Source: Vampirovibrionaceae bacterium NZW_1234
GTDB lineage: Bacteria; Cyanobacteriota; Vampirovibrionia; Vampirovibrionales; JAGQHJ01
Direction of reading: 5' to 3'
Assembly (NCBI GenBank): GCA_041697335.1
Contig: JBGUGD010000009.1
Location: forward strand, 93,415-157,414
Length of the DNA stretch: 64,000 nt
The notes beneath the pieces were generated by a model. It made no database searches. It was not told where the DNA came from and was given only the letters and a program-made list of their open reading frames with translations. Shown here one piece after another: positions 37,600-46,920 of the stretch; position 1 is the first letter of the stretch; every line of letters begins with the position of its first letter. Position numbers and translations under genes: made by a program.

Positions 37600-38754
37600 A
37601 TGGATCAGGTTCTGGCACCGGAGTCCGCACGTAAGACTCCCAAACCCCTTTCTTCTGAAGATTCCGATGAGTTACTGCATCAACTGAAAGAAGCGGTTCC
37701 CATTGATCGCTACAAGTTGTTCCGCATCATCCAGGCCATGGCCGATGGGGTTCTGGTGTTTAACGTGCATGGGCAGGTGCAACTGTGTAACATTGCCTTT
37801 CAGGAGATTTTCGGGTGCTCTCAGGAGTCCATTGCCGGGCAGTCCTTGGATCGGCTCTTTCGCTCCATCGCCCCGGAGCTAACCGATATGCTGACCCCCC
37901 TGGTTGAATCCGGAAACCCGTATTCCCAGGAGTTTACGCTCTATAATAATCCGCCTCGAGTCTTTAAGCTGGACACGATTCCCATTGTGGAAAATGGGGT
38001 GATCACCGAGGGGATTGCCGTATTTCACGACATTACCGAGGTGAAGAAGACCGAGAAGATGCGTCGGGACTTTGTGGCCAACGTATCTCACGAACTTCGG
38101 ACCCCGTTGAGCGCCATTAACGGCTACGCCGAAACCTTGTTGGAAGGGGCCTTGGAAGATGAAACCGTGGCCCGGGATTTTATCCAGATCATCTTCAATC
38201 ACTCCGAGCGCCTGTCTCAGCTGGTTCGGGATTTGCTGGATCTGTCCAAGCTCGAAGCCTCCGAATGCCCCTTTGAGCTGTCGCCCACCAGTGTGGTGGC
38301 CATTATCGAGAAGGTCATTCAACTCAGCAAAAAGCATCTTAGTGAGAAAAACATTCTGTTATTTTTTCAACCCCCCAAAGCCTTTCCCTCGGTTTTGGCC
38401 CACGCCAGTACCATTGAGCAGGTGGTGACCAACTTGTTGGACAATGCCATCAAATATACCCCGGAAGGCGGCTCGATTCATATTCGCTTGACGACTCTGG
38501 ATGACGGCATGATTCAGGTCGATGTGGAAGATACGGGGATTGGGATTGAGCCCAAGCATATTCCAAGACTGTTTGAGCGATTTTACCGGGTGGACAAGGC
38601 TCGCTCACGAGAGATGGGTGGTACAGGGCTGGGCTTATCCATTGTGAAGCACATTATTCAGTCCCATGGGGGCGAAGTCTGGGTCAACAGTATTCCAGGC
38701 GAAGGCTCCACCTTCAGCTTCACGCTTCGTGCCATGGCAGGCGAAACGGTTTAA
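37600..38754 (+). CDS. phoR: Soluble PAS histidine kinase (PhoR/SphS-like)
   Basis: MADGVLVFN PAS; EKMRRDFVANVSHELRTPL; RLFERFYRVDKARSREMGGTGLGLSIVKH; no TM; start uncertain (37540-37600). Confidence 0.85.
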   Translation: MDQVLAPESARKTPKPLSSEDSDELLHQLKEAVPIDRYKLFRIIQAMADGVLVFNVHGQVQLCNIAFQEIFGCSQESIAGQSLDRLFRSIAPELTDMLTPLVESGNPYSQEFTLYNNPPRVFKLDTIPIVENGVITEGIAVFHDITEVKKTEKMRRDFVANVSHELRTPLSAINGYAETLLEGALEDETVARDFIQIIFNHSERLSQLVRDLLDLSKLEASECPFELSPTSVVAIIEKVIQLSKKHLSEKNILLFFQPPKAFPSVLAHASTIEQVVTNLLDNAIKYTPEGGSIHIRLTTLDDGMIQVDVEDTGIGIEPKHIPRLFERFYRVDKARSREMGGTGLGLSIVKHIIQSHGGEVWVNSIPGEGSTFSFTLRAMAGETV

Positions 38755-39476
38755 TCGGGTGTTGCCGTTATGTCAGTCGGGTCAATAAGGTCTTTGGCGC
38801 GTTCAAAAATCTGGTCCAGCATGGCTTCGGTCAGCTTGCCGGTAAAGGTATTCTGCTGGCTGGGATGATAGGAGCCGATCAGCGTCAGTGAGTCCGAAAG
38901 CGAGACTTCGACCCCATGACCAAAACGGGGTTTGGGGGTGATCTTCGGATACCCCAGGGTTGACGAGCCCAGAACGTGGAGTACATGAAAAAAGGCGATG
39001 CTTCCCAAAGCCACAATCACCCGAAGCTGAGGCGCCATGTGGCGCAATTCGGCCTCCAGATAGGGTGTACAGGCTTCGATTTCCTCTTTGAGGAGTTTGT
39101 TCAGAGGGGGGGCACAATGGGCCACGGCACTGATGTAGGCATTGATGAGGGTGAGCCCGTCATCTTTATGGATGGTGATGGGTTGATTGGTAAATCCGGC
39201 GCGATACATGGCCCGAAAAAGCCAGTCTCCGCTTCGATCACCGGTAAATAGCCGGCCGGTCCGGTTGGCCCCATGGGCTGCCGGAGCCAAGCCGACGATG
39301 AGGAGCCGGGCCTCCGGATCGCCCAGGCTCGGGAGAGGTTTGCCCCAATAGGTTTCGTCCTGATGGCGTTTGACCTTTTCGCGAGCCACTTGGGTACACC
39401 AGGCAATCAGTCTCGGGCATCGCTGGCAGTCAACAATCCGTTGGTTGATGTCGGTTAAAGCATGGTTTTGTGTCAT
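38751..39476 (-). CDS. Uracil-DNA glycosylase, family 5 (UdgB-like, Fe-S)
   Basis: CQRCPRL, VGLAPAAHGANRTGRLFTGDRSGDWL, CAPP.NK, SYHPSQQNTFTGKLT. Confidence 0.93.
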   Translation of the reverse strand: MTQNHALTDINQRIVDCQRCPRLIAWCTQVAREKVKRHQDETYWGKPLPSLGDPEARLLIVGLAPAAHGANRTGRLFTGDRSGDWLFRAMYRAGFTNQPITIHKDDGLTLINAYISAVAHCAPPLNKLLKEEIEACTPYLEAELRHMAPQLRVIVALGSIAFFHVLHVLGSSTLGYPKITPKPRFGHGVEVSLSDSLTLIGSYHPSQQNTFTGKLTEAMLDQIFERAKDLIDPTDITATPD

Positions 39477-39672
39477 CTGGAAAAGCTTTCAATACGTTTT
39501 AGCGACATGAAGACAGATAGTGTCTGTCATCTCGATAGACATCGTAACATTTTTGACGCACAGCGGGCAAAATTGGCAATCCTGCCAAGTCTCCATACTT
39601 ATCTTTAGCAGACCCTGGGGGGTCTACCGTTATTGTGTTTTTGTTTCAGATAATTAGGAGGGTTGGTTCCTG

Positions 39673-40251
39673 ATGCATGCCATTCGATTCGGAAAATTGG
39701 AGTTACTTCCAGCGATGTACCCGGCAACCAAGGAGAATAGCTCTGATATATTGGTCATCCCAAGGCATACCTTGGCCCCGTCTCAGCATTTGGCAAGGCT
39801 GGCCCGAGTAGACGGATTGCATCAGCAAGTGGCGATTCAGCTCAATGCCATGGACGCCTTGATTCTCTCAAAGAAGGAGGGGAGCGAAGGGGACATGACA
39901 CAGTTGATTTCCTATGGCACGTCTCCAAAGCTGGATACCTGGGAAAAACGCCATGAGGCCGCAACACGAATTTGGGATCTGGGAAACCACATTCGACAGC
40001 TGGTCATAAAGGCCCTGGTTCAGCACCCCAACGATCCGGACCCGACACCCAACCATGTGGAGCCGGACCTGGGCCAGGCCCGGTATTTGATGCGCAATTA
40101 TAATTACCTGCTTCATGGTTCGTCTGATTCTCTTTCGGAGCAGTCCATTCATGGAAAACTCCAAAAGCTGGGTGTCCCCCAGGAACCATTAGAGCAAATA
40201 CGCCAGACGTCATTCAAGCTGAGTCAAACGTTGGAAGAGCTATTTGCCTAG
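39673..40251 (+). CDS. Hypothetical protein with MHAIRFG N-terminus; distant paralogue of 41399..42037
   Basis: AGGAGG upstream; ARVDGLH..VA motif shared. Confidence 0.75.
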   Translation: MHAIRFGKLELLPAMYPATKENSSDILVIPRHTLAPSQHLARLARVDGLHQQVAIQLNAMDALILSKKEGSEGDMTQLISYGTSPKLDTWEKRHEAATRIWDLGNHIRQLVIKALVQHPNDPDPTPNHVEPDLGQARYLMRNYNYLLHGSSDSLSEQSIHGKLQKLGVPQEPLEQIRQTSFKLSQTLEELFA

Positions 40252-40378
40252 GTCATCACGCCTGGGATTCTGTGGCTGGGGTCAGCCATCAGATGGGCTA
40301 AATCGGGCTGTGATGTGACATGTTGAACACGCTTATAATAGAGAGAGATAGCTTCGATCTGCTGCATGGAGGTTTGAG

Positions 40379-41260
40379 TTGGCCAAAAAACTAATCGGTC
40401 TGATCCTGGTTATCTTTGGCTGTTTCGGGACAGTACAGGCAAATGAGGCGTTGTTCGTTCCCGATATGTTGGATGATTTGGTGCCCGTGATGCTTCAATA
40501 CGCAACAGAAGCAGGCGAAAACGCTGAGGAAAGTCCAACTCCAACTGAGGCTGAAGAAAAACTCATGCAGGAGCAGGAGTACGAGGAAAACACCGCCGAT
40601 GAGAGCAGTATTGCCCCGCACATTCCAGAGCCCATGGTGTTTGATTTGATTCGACCGCTAGGAGCCAAGAAAGGGGAGTTTGAAATCAATACCTTGGGTT
40701 TGTGGCCTTTGAGGAGGCGTAATCTCGATTTGGAGTGGGCCCCCGAGGTGGAGTATGCCTTTCGGGATGGTCATGCAATCGAGTTGGAAGTCCCGTTTCG
40801 AGATCATGGTTTGAACAGCTTTAAGTTCGCTTACCAGGCGACACTGCCCAAACAGAAAAACCGCCCTTATATACATGGCATTCAGGCCATTGCCCGTCAT
40901 GACTTTTCACCCCGTCGAACGGCGATGGAGTCTACGTATTTGTTCGGTTACGCGTTGAACAACCGATTCAGTGTGATGACCATCACGGGCGCCCGCGCCA
41001 ATGTTCACAGTCGGGGAACGAATATGGACCTGCTGGTCAATCCCAGCCTGTTTTATCATGTGAATAAGCGAATTACCCTGGGTATGGAGAATAACCTGCG
41101 TCTGCGAAATACTCGGGATTATGACCTGAATCTGATTCCTCAAATGTTTATTGAGTTTGGCAGATATGCCAGTCTTCAGGTTGGCGCAGGCGTGACGCGC
41201 CCGCAAACCGGTACGTATCGGCCGTTGCTGGCAATGCGGATCATTATGGCATTTCGATAG
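40379..41260 (+). CDS. Exported protein, probable outer-membrane beta-barrel
   Basis: GGAGG plus TTG; signal peptide; alternating beta-strand pattern ending ..IMAFR. Confidence 0.7.
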   Translation: MAKKLIGLILVIFGCFGTVQANEALFVPDMLDDLVPVMLQYATEAGENAEESPTPTEAEEKLMQEQEYEENTADESSIAPHIPEPMVFDLIRPLGAKKGEFEINTLGLWPLRRRNLDLEWAPEVEYAFRDGHAIELEVPFRDHGLNSFKFAYQATLPKQKNRPYIHGIQAIARHDFSPRRTAMESTYLFGYALNNRFSVMTITGARANVHSRGTNMDLLVNPSLFYHVNKRITLGMENNLRLRNTRDYDLNLIPQMFIEFGRYASLQVGAGVTRPQTGTYRPLLAMRIIMAFR

Positions 41261-41398
41261 ATCGATTCATCCAGATTGCCTAATAGTTTAGCTTGATGGC
41301 CGAGAATGTTTTCTATTTACTACAGGAAGAAGGTATTGTTCGGCATAGCTGAACTCGCTGTCCGATCTTAAGACGCGCCGAGAGGGGGGGACATCGGG

Positions 41399-42037
41399 AT
41401 GGGACGAATCATCTTTTCCGGATTTCAAATGGGGTATGTTCGCTATCGACGGGCAGAGGAGTTAGCGTCTCTGAATCCGCCACTGCGAAAAAAAGGGGAA
41501 AGCGTGCTCCCCGTACCGGTGGCGGTCGCTATGGCCCAAGGGAGCTATGGCAATGTGGCCAGGGTCAGTGGCTTGCATGCGAAAGTCGCCAATGTCGTGG
41601 ACACCTTCTATCGCTGGGTGGGACGTCCGTGGGATGGCGACCCCAAGACATTGACGAATCAATTGAAAACACAATGGGTTAAGCCCGATGTGATTGACGC
41701 ACTGTGGAAGACCTGCTACGACCTGAGGGTTGCCACTTATCAGGCTTTGGCCAGTCGACCCGGTGACGGGGAGTTGCCGATGGCTCGGCTAAGCGTAAAA
41801 TCACTGCTTCCCGCAAGAAAGAACAACGATGCGATACAGTTGGAGACGCTACAAGCCCTGAATCAGAACCTGGATGCCATGCGTCAGGAAAAACGGCAGG
41901 GCCGGAAAAGATTGTCTCTGCTCCAGGCCTTGGACCGGCTTGGCGTATCTCAACATCACCGACACGAAGTCAGTCGGACTCTGAATTGTTTTAGCAAGGC
42001 AGTGTCTCAGGTGATTCAAGCATTGGACCGATCTTGA
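41399..42037 (+). CDS. Hypothetical protein with MGRIIFSG N-terminus; distant paralogue of 39673..40251
   Basis: ARVSGLH..VA, LW..C..LR..TYQAL..RP.D, L.RLGVSQ blocks. Confidence 0.75.
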   Translation: MGRIIFSGFQMGYVRYRRAEELASLNPPLRKKGESVLPVPVAVAMAQGSYGNVARVSGLHAKVANVVDTFYRWVGRPWDGDPKTLTNQLKTQWVKPDVIDALWKTCYDLRVATYQALASRPGDGELPMARLSVKSLLPARKNNDAIQLETLQALNQNLDAMRQEKRQGRKRLSLLQALDRLGVSQHHRHEVSRTLNCFSKAVSQVIQALDRS

Positions 42038-42071
42038 ACCATTTCAAGAGGTCGCTGATGCGCTGCTGAGC

Positions 42072-44489
42072 TTAAGAAGGAACCTCAGCGGTATCAGGAG
42101 CTTCGGCGTTTTCTGCTGTGGGTAACTCTCGGGAGTATTTGCACTCTTTGCTGGAGCAGGCTTCAAAGTTGCCTTTTTTCAGGTTCTTCTCAACCAGGAG
42201 GCTGTTACAATCCGGGCAAAGCTGGCCTGTCGGTTTGTTCCAGACAGCAAAGTTACAGTCGGGATAGCCTGGGCAGCCATAAAAGATCTTGCCGTAACGG
42301 GATTTCCGCTGAACCAGTTCCTGTGTCTTGCACTGGGGGCAGGTGACGCCGGTTTTGACGACAATTTTGCGGGTGGCTTTACAGTCTTCATTGGGACAAG
42401 CCAGGTACTCCCCGAAACGCCCATACTTGAAGTTCATGATGGTGCCGCAGGCCTCACATTTTTCTTCCGAGGGGCGTTCTTCCGGTGCTACTTTTTGATC
42501 TTTGGTCAGGGGCTTGGTAGTTTTGCATTCGGGGTAACCGGTGCAGCCCAGGAACTGGGAGCCCCAGCGGCTGGTTTTTAACTGCATCGGCAGGCCGCAA
42601 CTGGAACAATTCTCACCTTCAAACAGAATGGTGACCTTGTCCATCTCTTTTTCCGCTTTTTCCAGTTCTTCTTTAAAGGGAAAGAAAAACTCACCCACCA
42701 CGTTTTGCCACTGTTCACCGGTTTCCTCAATCAAGTCGAGACGGCTTTCCAGATCCGAGGTGAACTGAAGATCCACGACATTGGCAAAGTGATCGACCAG
42801 GAGCTTGTTGACGGCCTTGCCCAATTCCGTGGGCACCAGAACCTTTTCCTGTTTCAACACGTAGTTGCGGTCCTGAATGGTGCTGATGGTCGGGGCATAG
42901 GTAGAGGGACGACCGATCCCCAGTTCTTCAAGGGTTTTAACCAGGCTGGCTTCGGTAAACCGGGGCGGCGGTTCGGTAAAGTGCTGCTTGGGCTCCACTT
43001 TCTTGAGGAGCATGGCGTCGCCTTTTTCCAATTCGGGCAAGGCATTGCCTTCTTCTTCGGCCTCGTCCTCTTCAGAGCGGTAAATGGCCATATAGCCCGG
43101 GAAAATGACCTTGCTGTGGCTGGCCCGCAGTGTCAGGTCATCCACGGTGATTTCAATGGACTTGGTTTTGACCTGGGCCGATTCCATCTGGCTTGCCATA
43201 AAGCGGTCCCAGATAATTTTGTAAATCTTGAGCTGCTCGCCCGAAAGGAACTTTTGCATCTGCTCCGGGGTCCGATGGACAGACGTGGGGCGGATGGCTT
43301 CGTGAGCGCCCTGGACGTTCTTGCCTTTGCGTTCGTAGGTACGAGGTGTTTCCGGGTAGTACTCCTTGCCGTACTTTTCCAGGATGAATGCCTTGGCTTC
43401 CTCCTGCGCCTCTTCGGCGATACGGGTACTGTCGGTACGCATATAGGTAATCAAACCTTCGGTAACCCCATCGAGCTCCAAACCTTCGTAAAGCTTTTGG
43501 GCGATCTGCATGGTCTTTTTGACCGGGTAGCCGAAGCGGTTGCTGGCTTCACGTTGCAGAGAGCTGGTAATGAAGGGAGCAACCGGGTTACGTTTGCTGG
43601 TCCGCTCATTTACAGCCGTAATGGTGGCTTCTTTGGTTTCCAGTTTTTTCACAATGGCCTGGGCTTCATCGCCATTGGGAATCCGGGCCTTCTCACCGGC
43701 AACTTTGGTGAGGTCGGCGTGAAGAATGGCATCGTCTTTTTTCTTCGCCGCAAAATCCGTATGAATGGTCCAGTACTCTTCCGGCACAAACGCCTGGACT
43801 TCGGCTTCGCGCTCACAGATAATCCGAACCGCCACACTTTGAACACGCCCTGCCGAGAGCCCTTTGTTGACTTTTTTCCAGAGCAGGGGACTCAGCTTGT
43901 AACCCACCAGTCGATCCAGAACTCGGCGTGCCTGCTGGGCATCGACGCGTTTAAGATCAATTTCCCGAGGGTGCTTCAGGGCTTCTTTAATGGCGTTTTT
44001 GGTAATCTCGTGGAATTCAATGCGCTTGATGTCTTTTTTCGTATCCTCAAGCATCTGCGCAATGTGCCAGGCAATGGCTTCTCCCTCGCGGTCAGGGTCG
44101 GCTGCGAGGTAAATGACTTTGGCCCGTTTGGCAGCAGCTTGCAAATCATCGGCCACATCGGCTTTTTCGGCCAGGATCTCATAACTGGGGGCAAAGTTTT
44201 CCTCGATGACGACACCCAGCTTTTTCTTGGGCAAGTCACGAATGTGACCGACACTGGCCTTCACTTGAAAGTCCGAACCTAAAATCTTGCGAATGGTTTT
44301 GGCTTTGGCAGGAGACTCAACAATAACCAGATTCTTGCCAACCGCCTCTTTTTCGGAATCGGACTCCGACTCGGCTTCAAGAAGCTCGATATCGTCGTCA
44401 TCCTCTGCCTTGGCTTTGGACTTGGGGCTGGCTTTGGTCTTGGCCTTGGCCGCTGTTTTGGGTTTGGTTGTTTTTGCTGTCTTTGCCAT
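42072..44489 (-). CDS. topA: DNA topoisomerase I (type IA) with C-terminal zinc ribbons
   Basis: LVIVESPAKAKTI, SVGHIRDL, DPDREGEAIAWH, SAGRVQS, LITYMRTDS, AHEAIRPT, GIGRPSTYA. Confidence 0.98.
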   Translation of the reverse strand: MAKTAKTTKPKTAAKAKTKASPKSKAKAEDDDDIELLEAESESDSEKEAVGKNLVIVESPAKAKTIRKILGSDFQVKASVGHIRDLPKKKLGVVIEENFAPSYEILAEKADVADDLQAAAKRAKVIYLAADPDREGEAIAWHIAQMLEDTKKDIKRIEFHEITKNAIKEALKHPREIDLKRVDAQQARRVLDRLVGYKLSPLLWKKVNKGLSAGRVQSVAVRIICEREAEVQAFVPEEYWTIHTDFAAKKKDDAILHADLTKVAGEKARIPNGDEAQAIVKKLETKEATITAVNERTSKRNPVAPFITSSLQREASNRFGYPVKKTMQIAQKLYEGLELDGVTEGLITYMRTDSTRIAEEAQEEAKAFILEKYGKEYYPETPRTYERKGKNVQGAHEAIRPTSVHRTPEQMQKFLSGEQLKIYKIIWDRFMASQMESAQVKTKSIEITVDDLTLRASHSKVIFPGYMAIYRSEEDEAEEEGNALPELEKGDAMLLKKVEPKQHFTEPPPRFTEASLVKTLEELGIGRPSTYAPTISTIQDRNYVLKQEKVLVPTELGKAVNKLLVDHFANVVDLQFTSDLESRLDLIEETGEQWQNVVGEFFFPFKEELEKAEKEMDKVTILFEGENCSSCGLPMQLKTSRWGSQFLGCTGYPECKTTKPLTKDQKVAPEERPSEEKCEACGTIMNFKYGRFGEYLACPNEDCKATRKIVVKTGVTCPQCKTQELVQRKSRYGKIFYGCPGYPDCNFAVWNKPTGQLCPDCNSLLVEKNLKKGNFEACSSKECKYSRELPTAENAEAPDTAEVPS

Positions 44490-44710
44490 ATTGCCTATTA
44501 TTGAAGGACGTTTAAAAAAATTTCAAGCCCCCTTATTTTAAACGAGACTTGGATTCGTGCAAGTGGGAATTTTGAAGCGTCCCCTTGGACGGGCGATTTC
44601 AGCGATGACGCTTGTTCATAAAAGGCAATTTTCGAGAAGCCTTCTTCTTTATTCTGAATGTAGTAAGTTTGTGTGGTGTTCGTCCTGACAGAGGACACTG
44701 GAGGATGGCA

Positions 44711-45916
44711 ATGCAGGTCCGAATTCTCAGGCAGCAAGGCTTAATCTCGGGTTTATCCGTTCAAAATAGGCCTTCTTCAATCCGTTATGGTGCAAAAAAG
44801 CGAATCGATCTTGCCGAGTATGAGCATTTGCCAGGACCATTGCATCGATATCTTGTGCCCCAGTCTCGCTGGAGCCGGTTTCGGAAATTGTTGGCCTGCA
44901 ATTGGGCCCAATGGACCTCCTACCATCATTTGCCCCAGACCCCGGACGATTACCGAAATCTCATTCATCTCCGGAACGCTTACTTTCGGGCAACCCAGTT
45001 TGTTTGTGGAGTCAAGGGGGGCAAGGAATTCAAAATGGATCGCGAAGCCCTGGCGGCTACCGTTTATCAGGATATTGTGATTGGTGAGGCGTCCAAGCGG
45101 CTGTCGCCTGCCTTCAAAAACCGGAATCCCTTTATGGTCTGGAAGAACTTCGAGCAGACTCGGGATAAGGTTCATAAAGCCTTTGAAGGGGTCTTTCCCC
45201 GAGGGATTTTCGATACCTTCTGGTATCACGGGGGAAATACAGTGTTGACCCTGGATGCCTGGCTGCGAAAAGCAGTGAAAGGTCATACGAAAAAGCGCTT
45301 TGATTTGGGAGATTTGACCACGGCGCCCCAAATCATTCCTTTTGCCAATCAGGTGCCCATGTTTCTCGATGGGAAAGACCACACCAATGCTGGCCTGACC
45401 GCCTTTCTCGTCGAGCCGTCGTATATTGCTAAGCGTTACCTGGCGCAATTGCCTTTTTATCCCAAGTCCATCGAAAACGATCCGGAGAAAAGCAAACTAT
45501 TCAAGACATTGATGCACCTGGAAACCGCCTTGGCCTGTGCACGGCATTATGTGCGAGGGATGAGCAAAGACGATTTTATCCGGAATGTCAAAACCCAGAG
45601 TGCCGTGATGGCCGAACTGGCCATTGTCCGTGTCGGCATTCAGCGCCTGCCCGACAAGTTTAAGGAAGCCTATCCCAAAACGCCCTGGAAGGCCATTTAT
45701 GATATGGGATCCAAGCTGGTTCATCAGTTTGATACCGTAGACACAACGATTGTTTGGGATACCTTGACGAAACCGAAATTCCTGCCAACACTGCAGAAAC
45801 AGTTGGGTGAGATGATTCAGGCCTTGGCACCGGATGTGCTGGAAGGAACAGCACATGTGGTAATGCCATCGCCTGAGGCCATGTATGATCGACTGGTTGA
45901 AGAAATACATGAGTAG
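44711..45916 (+). CDS. Protein with two tandem DUF86/HepT-like HEPN domains and an N-terminal SIRYG motif
   Basis: GGAGG 6 nt before ATG 44711; domain 1 IVIGEASKRLSPAFK...W....TRDKVH; domain 2 GMSKDDF...KTQSAV...RLPDKFKEAYP..PWKAI..MGSKLVH.F..VD..IVWDT. Confidence 0.75.
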   Translation: MQVRILRQQGLISGLSVQNRPSSIRYGAKKRIDLAEYEHLPGPLHRYLVPQSRWSRFRKLLACNWAQWTSYHHLPQTPDDYRNLIHLRNAYFRATQFVCGVKGGKEFKMDREALAATVYQDIVIGEASKRLSPAFKNRNPFMVWKNFEQTRDKVHKAFEGVFPRGIFDTFWYHGGNTVLTLDAWLRKAVKGHTKKRFDLGDLTTAPQIIPFANQVPMFLDGKDHTNAGLTAFLVEPSYIAKRYLAQLPFYPKSIENDPEKSKLFKTLMHLETALACARHYVRGMSKDDFIRNVKTQSAVMAELAIVRVGIQRLPDKFKEAYPKTPWKAIYDMGSKLVHQFDTVDTTIVWDTLTKPKFLPTLQKQLGEMIQALAPDVLEGTAHVVMPSPEAMYDRLVEEIHE

Positions 45917-46010
45917 GTTCATTCATTAACCTTGGGAGTAGAAGCCTACGCTGGTTTATGAGAAAATAAAAAAAAGTCCGTCAGTAAGCAACAAAGGGAT
46001 GCTTTGAGCC

Positions 46011-46277
46011 ATGAACTATGAAGCCCCCCAATGGGAAGACTGGGAAAATCGGTTCCGACAGCTGGCAGAACAGGCCACGTTGGTGACAGGCACCGCCGAA
46101 GCGGCAAAGATTCGCGGGGCCAAGCATTATTTGTGTCTCTATGGGGACAATGGATTGACGCCCGATGAAGAGTTTGCCGAGCTGGAACGGATGAGTAGCC
46201 AGACCAGCCAGTTGAAGCGAGTTGAAGTGGATACGTCCTACTGGCAGGATACGGTATTGTTTGTCCCCTCGCCCTAA
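46011..46277 (+). CDS. Small hypothetical protein
   Basis: 88-aa ORF with plausible composition, co-oriented with neighbours. Confidence 0.55.
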   Translation: MNYEAPQWEDWENRFRQLAEQATLVTGTAEAAKIRGAKHYLCLYGDNGLTPDEEFAELERMSSQTSQLKRVEVDTSYWQDTVLFVPSP

Positions 46278-46361
46278 TCATTTTTTAAATATACGCTCTT
46301 CGTGTAAAGGACAAATTCCTAAAAGTATGCAACGATATCGGTCACGCTGAACGAGAGGATA

Positions 46362-46820
46362 TTGATTTTGCAAAAGCAGCTCTTTGAGAAACACTTTACC
46401 CTGGATGAGGCGGTGCAGATGCTTCCCTTTGTCCAGGAAACTTTTGCTCAGGCCCATGCCGAGCTTAGTGAGCTTCGCGATGATATTATTCTCTACAAAC
46501 GCATTCACCAGGTGAAAGAAGAAGAAGGGCATCAGGTTGTCTCAAAAGTGGATGACCCATCATCCCATGCCATTTCCGAGCTTTTGAATGCCAAGTGGCA
46601 TTGCTACGAGGAATGCTTTTATCGCTGGGTCAATGTGCTGACTGAGCGCGGGATTCAGGTTCGTGATTTCAAAAAGGGATTAATTGATTTTCCCTATCGC
46701 GCCAAGAACGGGGCGGAGTATTTCCTCTGCTGGCACTTGGGAGAAGACGGCCTGTTTTACTTTCATGATGTTTATGAGGGGTTTACCGGGCGAAAACCGA
46801 TCTCGCTGCTGCCCGAGTGA
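46362..46820 (+). CDS. DUF2203-family protein
   Basis: FTLDEA..MLP, GI.VRD...GLIDFP, LCW.LGE....FH....GF.GRKPI. Confidence 0.85.
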   Translation: MILQKQLFEKHFTLDEAVQMLPFVQETFAQAHAELSELRDDIILYKRIHQVKEEEGHQVVSKVDDPSSHAISELLNAKWHCYEECFYRWVNVLTERGIQVRDFKKGLIDFPYRAKNGAEYFLCWHLGEDGLFYFHDVYEGFTGRKPISLLPE

Positions 46821-46862
46821 GTGTGTTATTTGTCGTTAACCCTGCCCCTAACACCGAATTTT

Positions 46863-46905
46863 AAAAAAGCCCCGCTCTCAGAACATTCAGTGAGCGGGGC
46901 TTTTA
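46863..46905. terminator. Bidirectional terminator
   Basis: aaaaaagccccgctc...gagcggggctttt. Confidence 0.85.
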
Positions 46906-46920
46906 AATTGATTTCGGCGC

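Noticed and set aside
42705..44282. 525-aa plus-strand ORF
   Set aside because: Antisense shadow of topA with no recognisable motifs.
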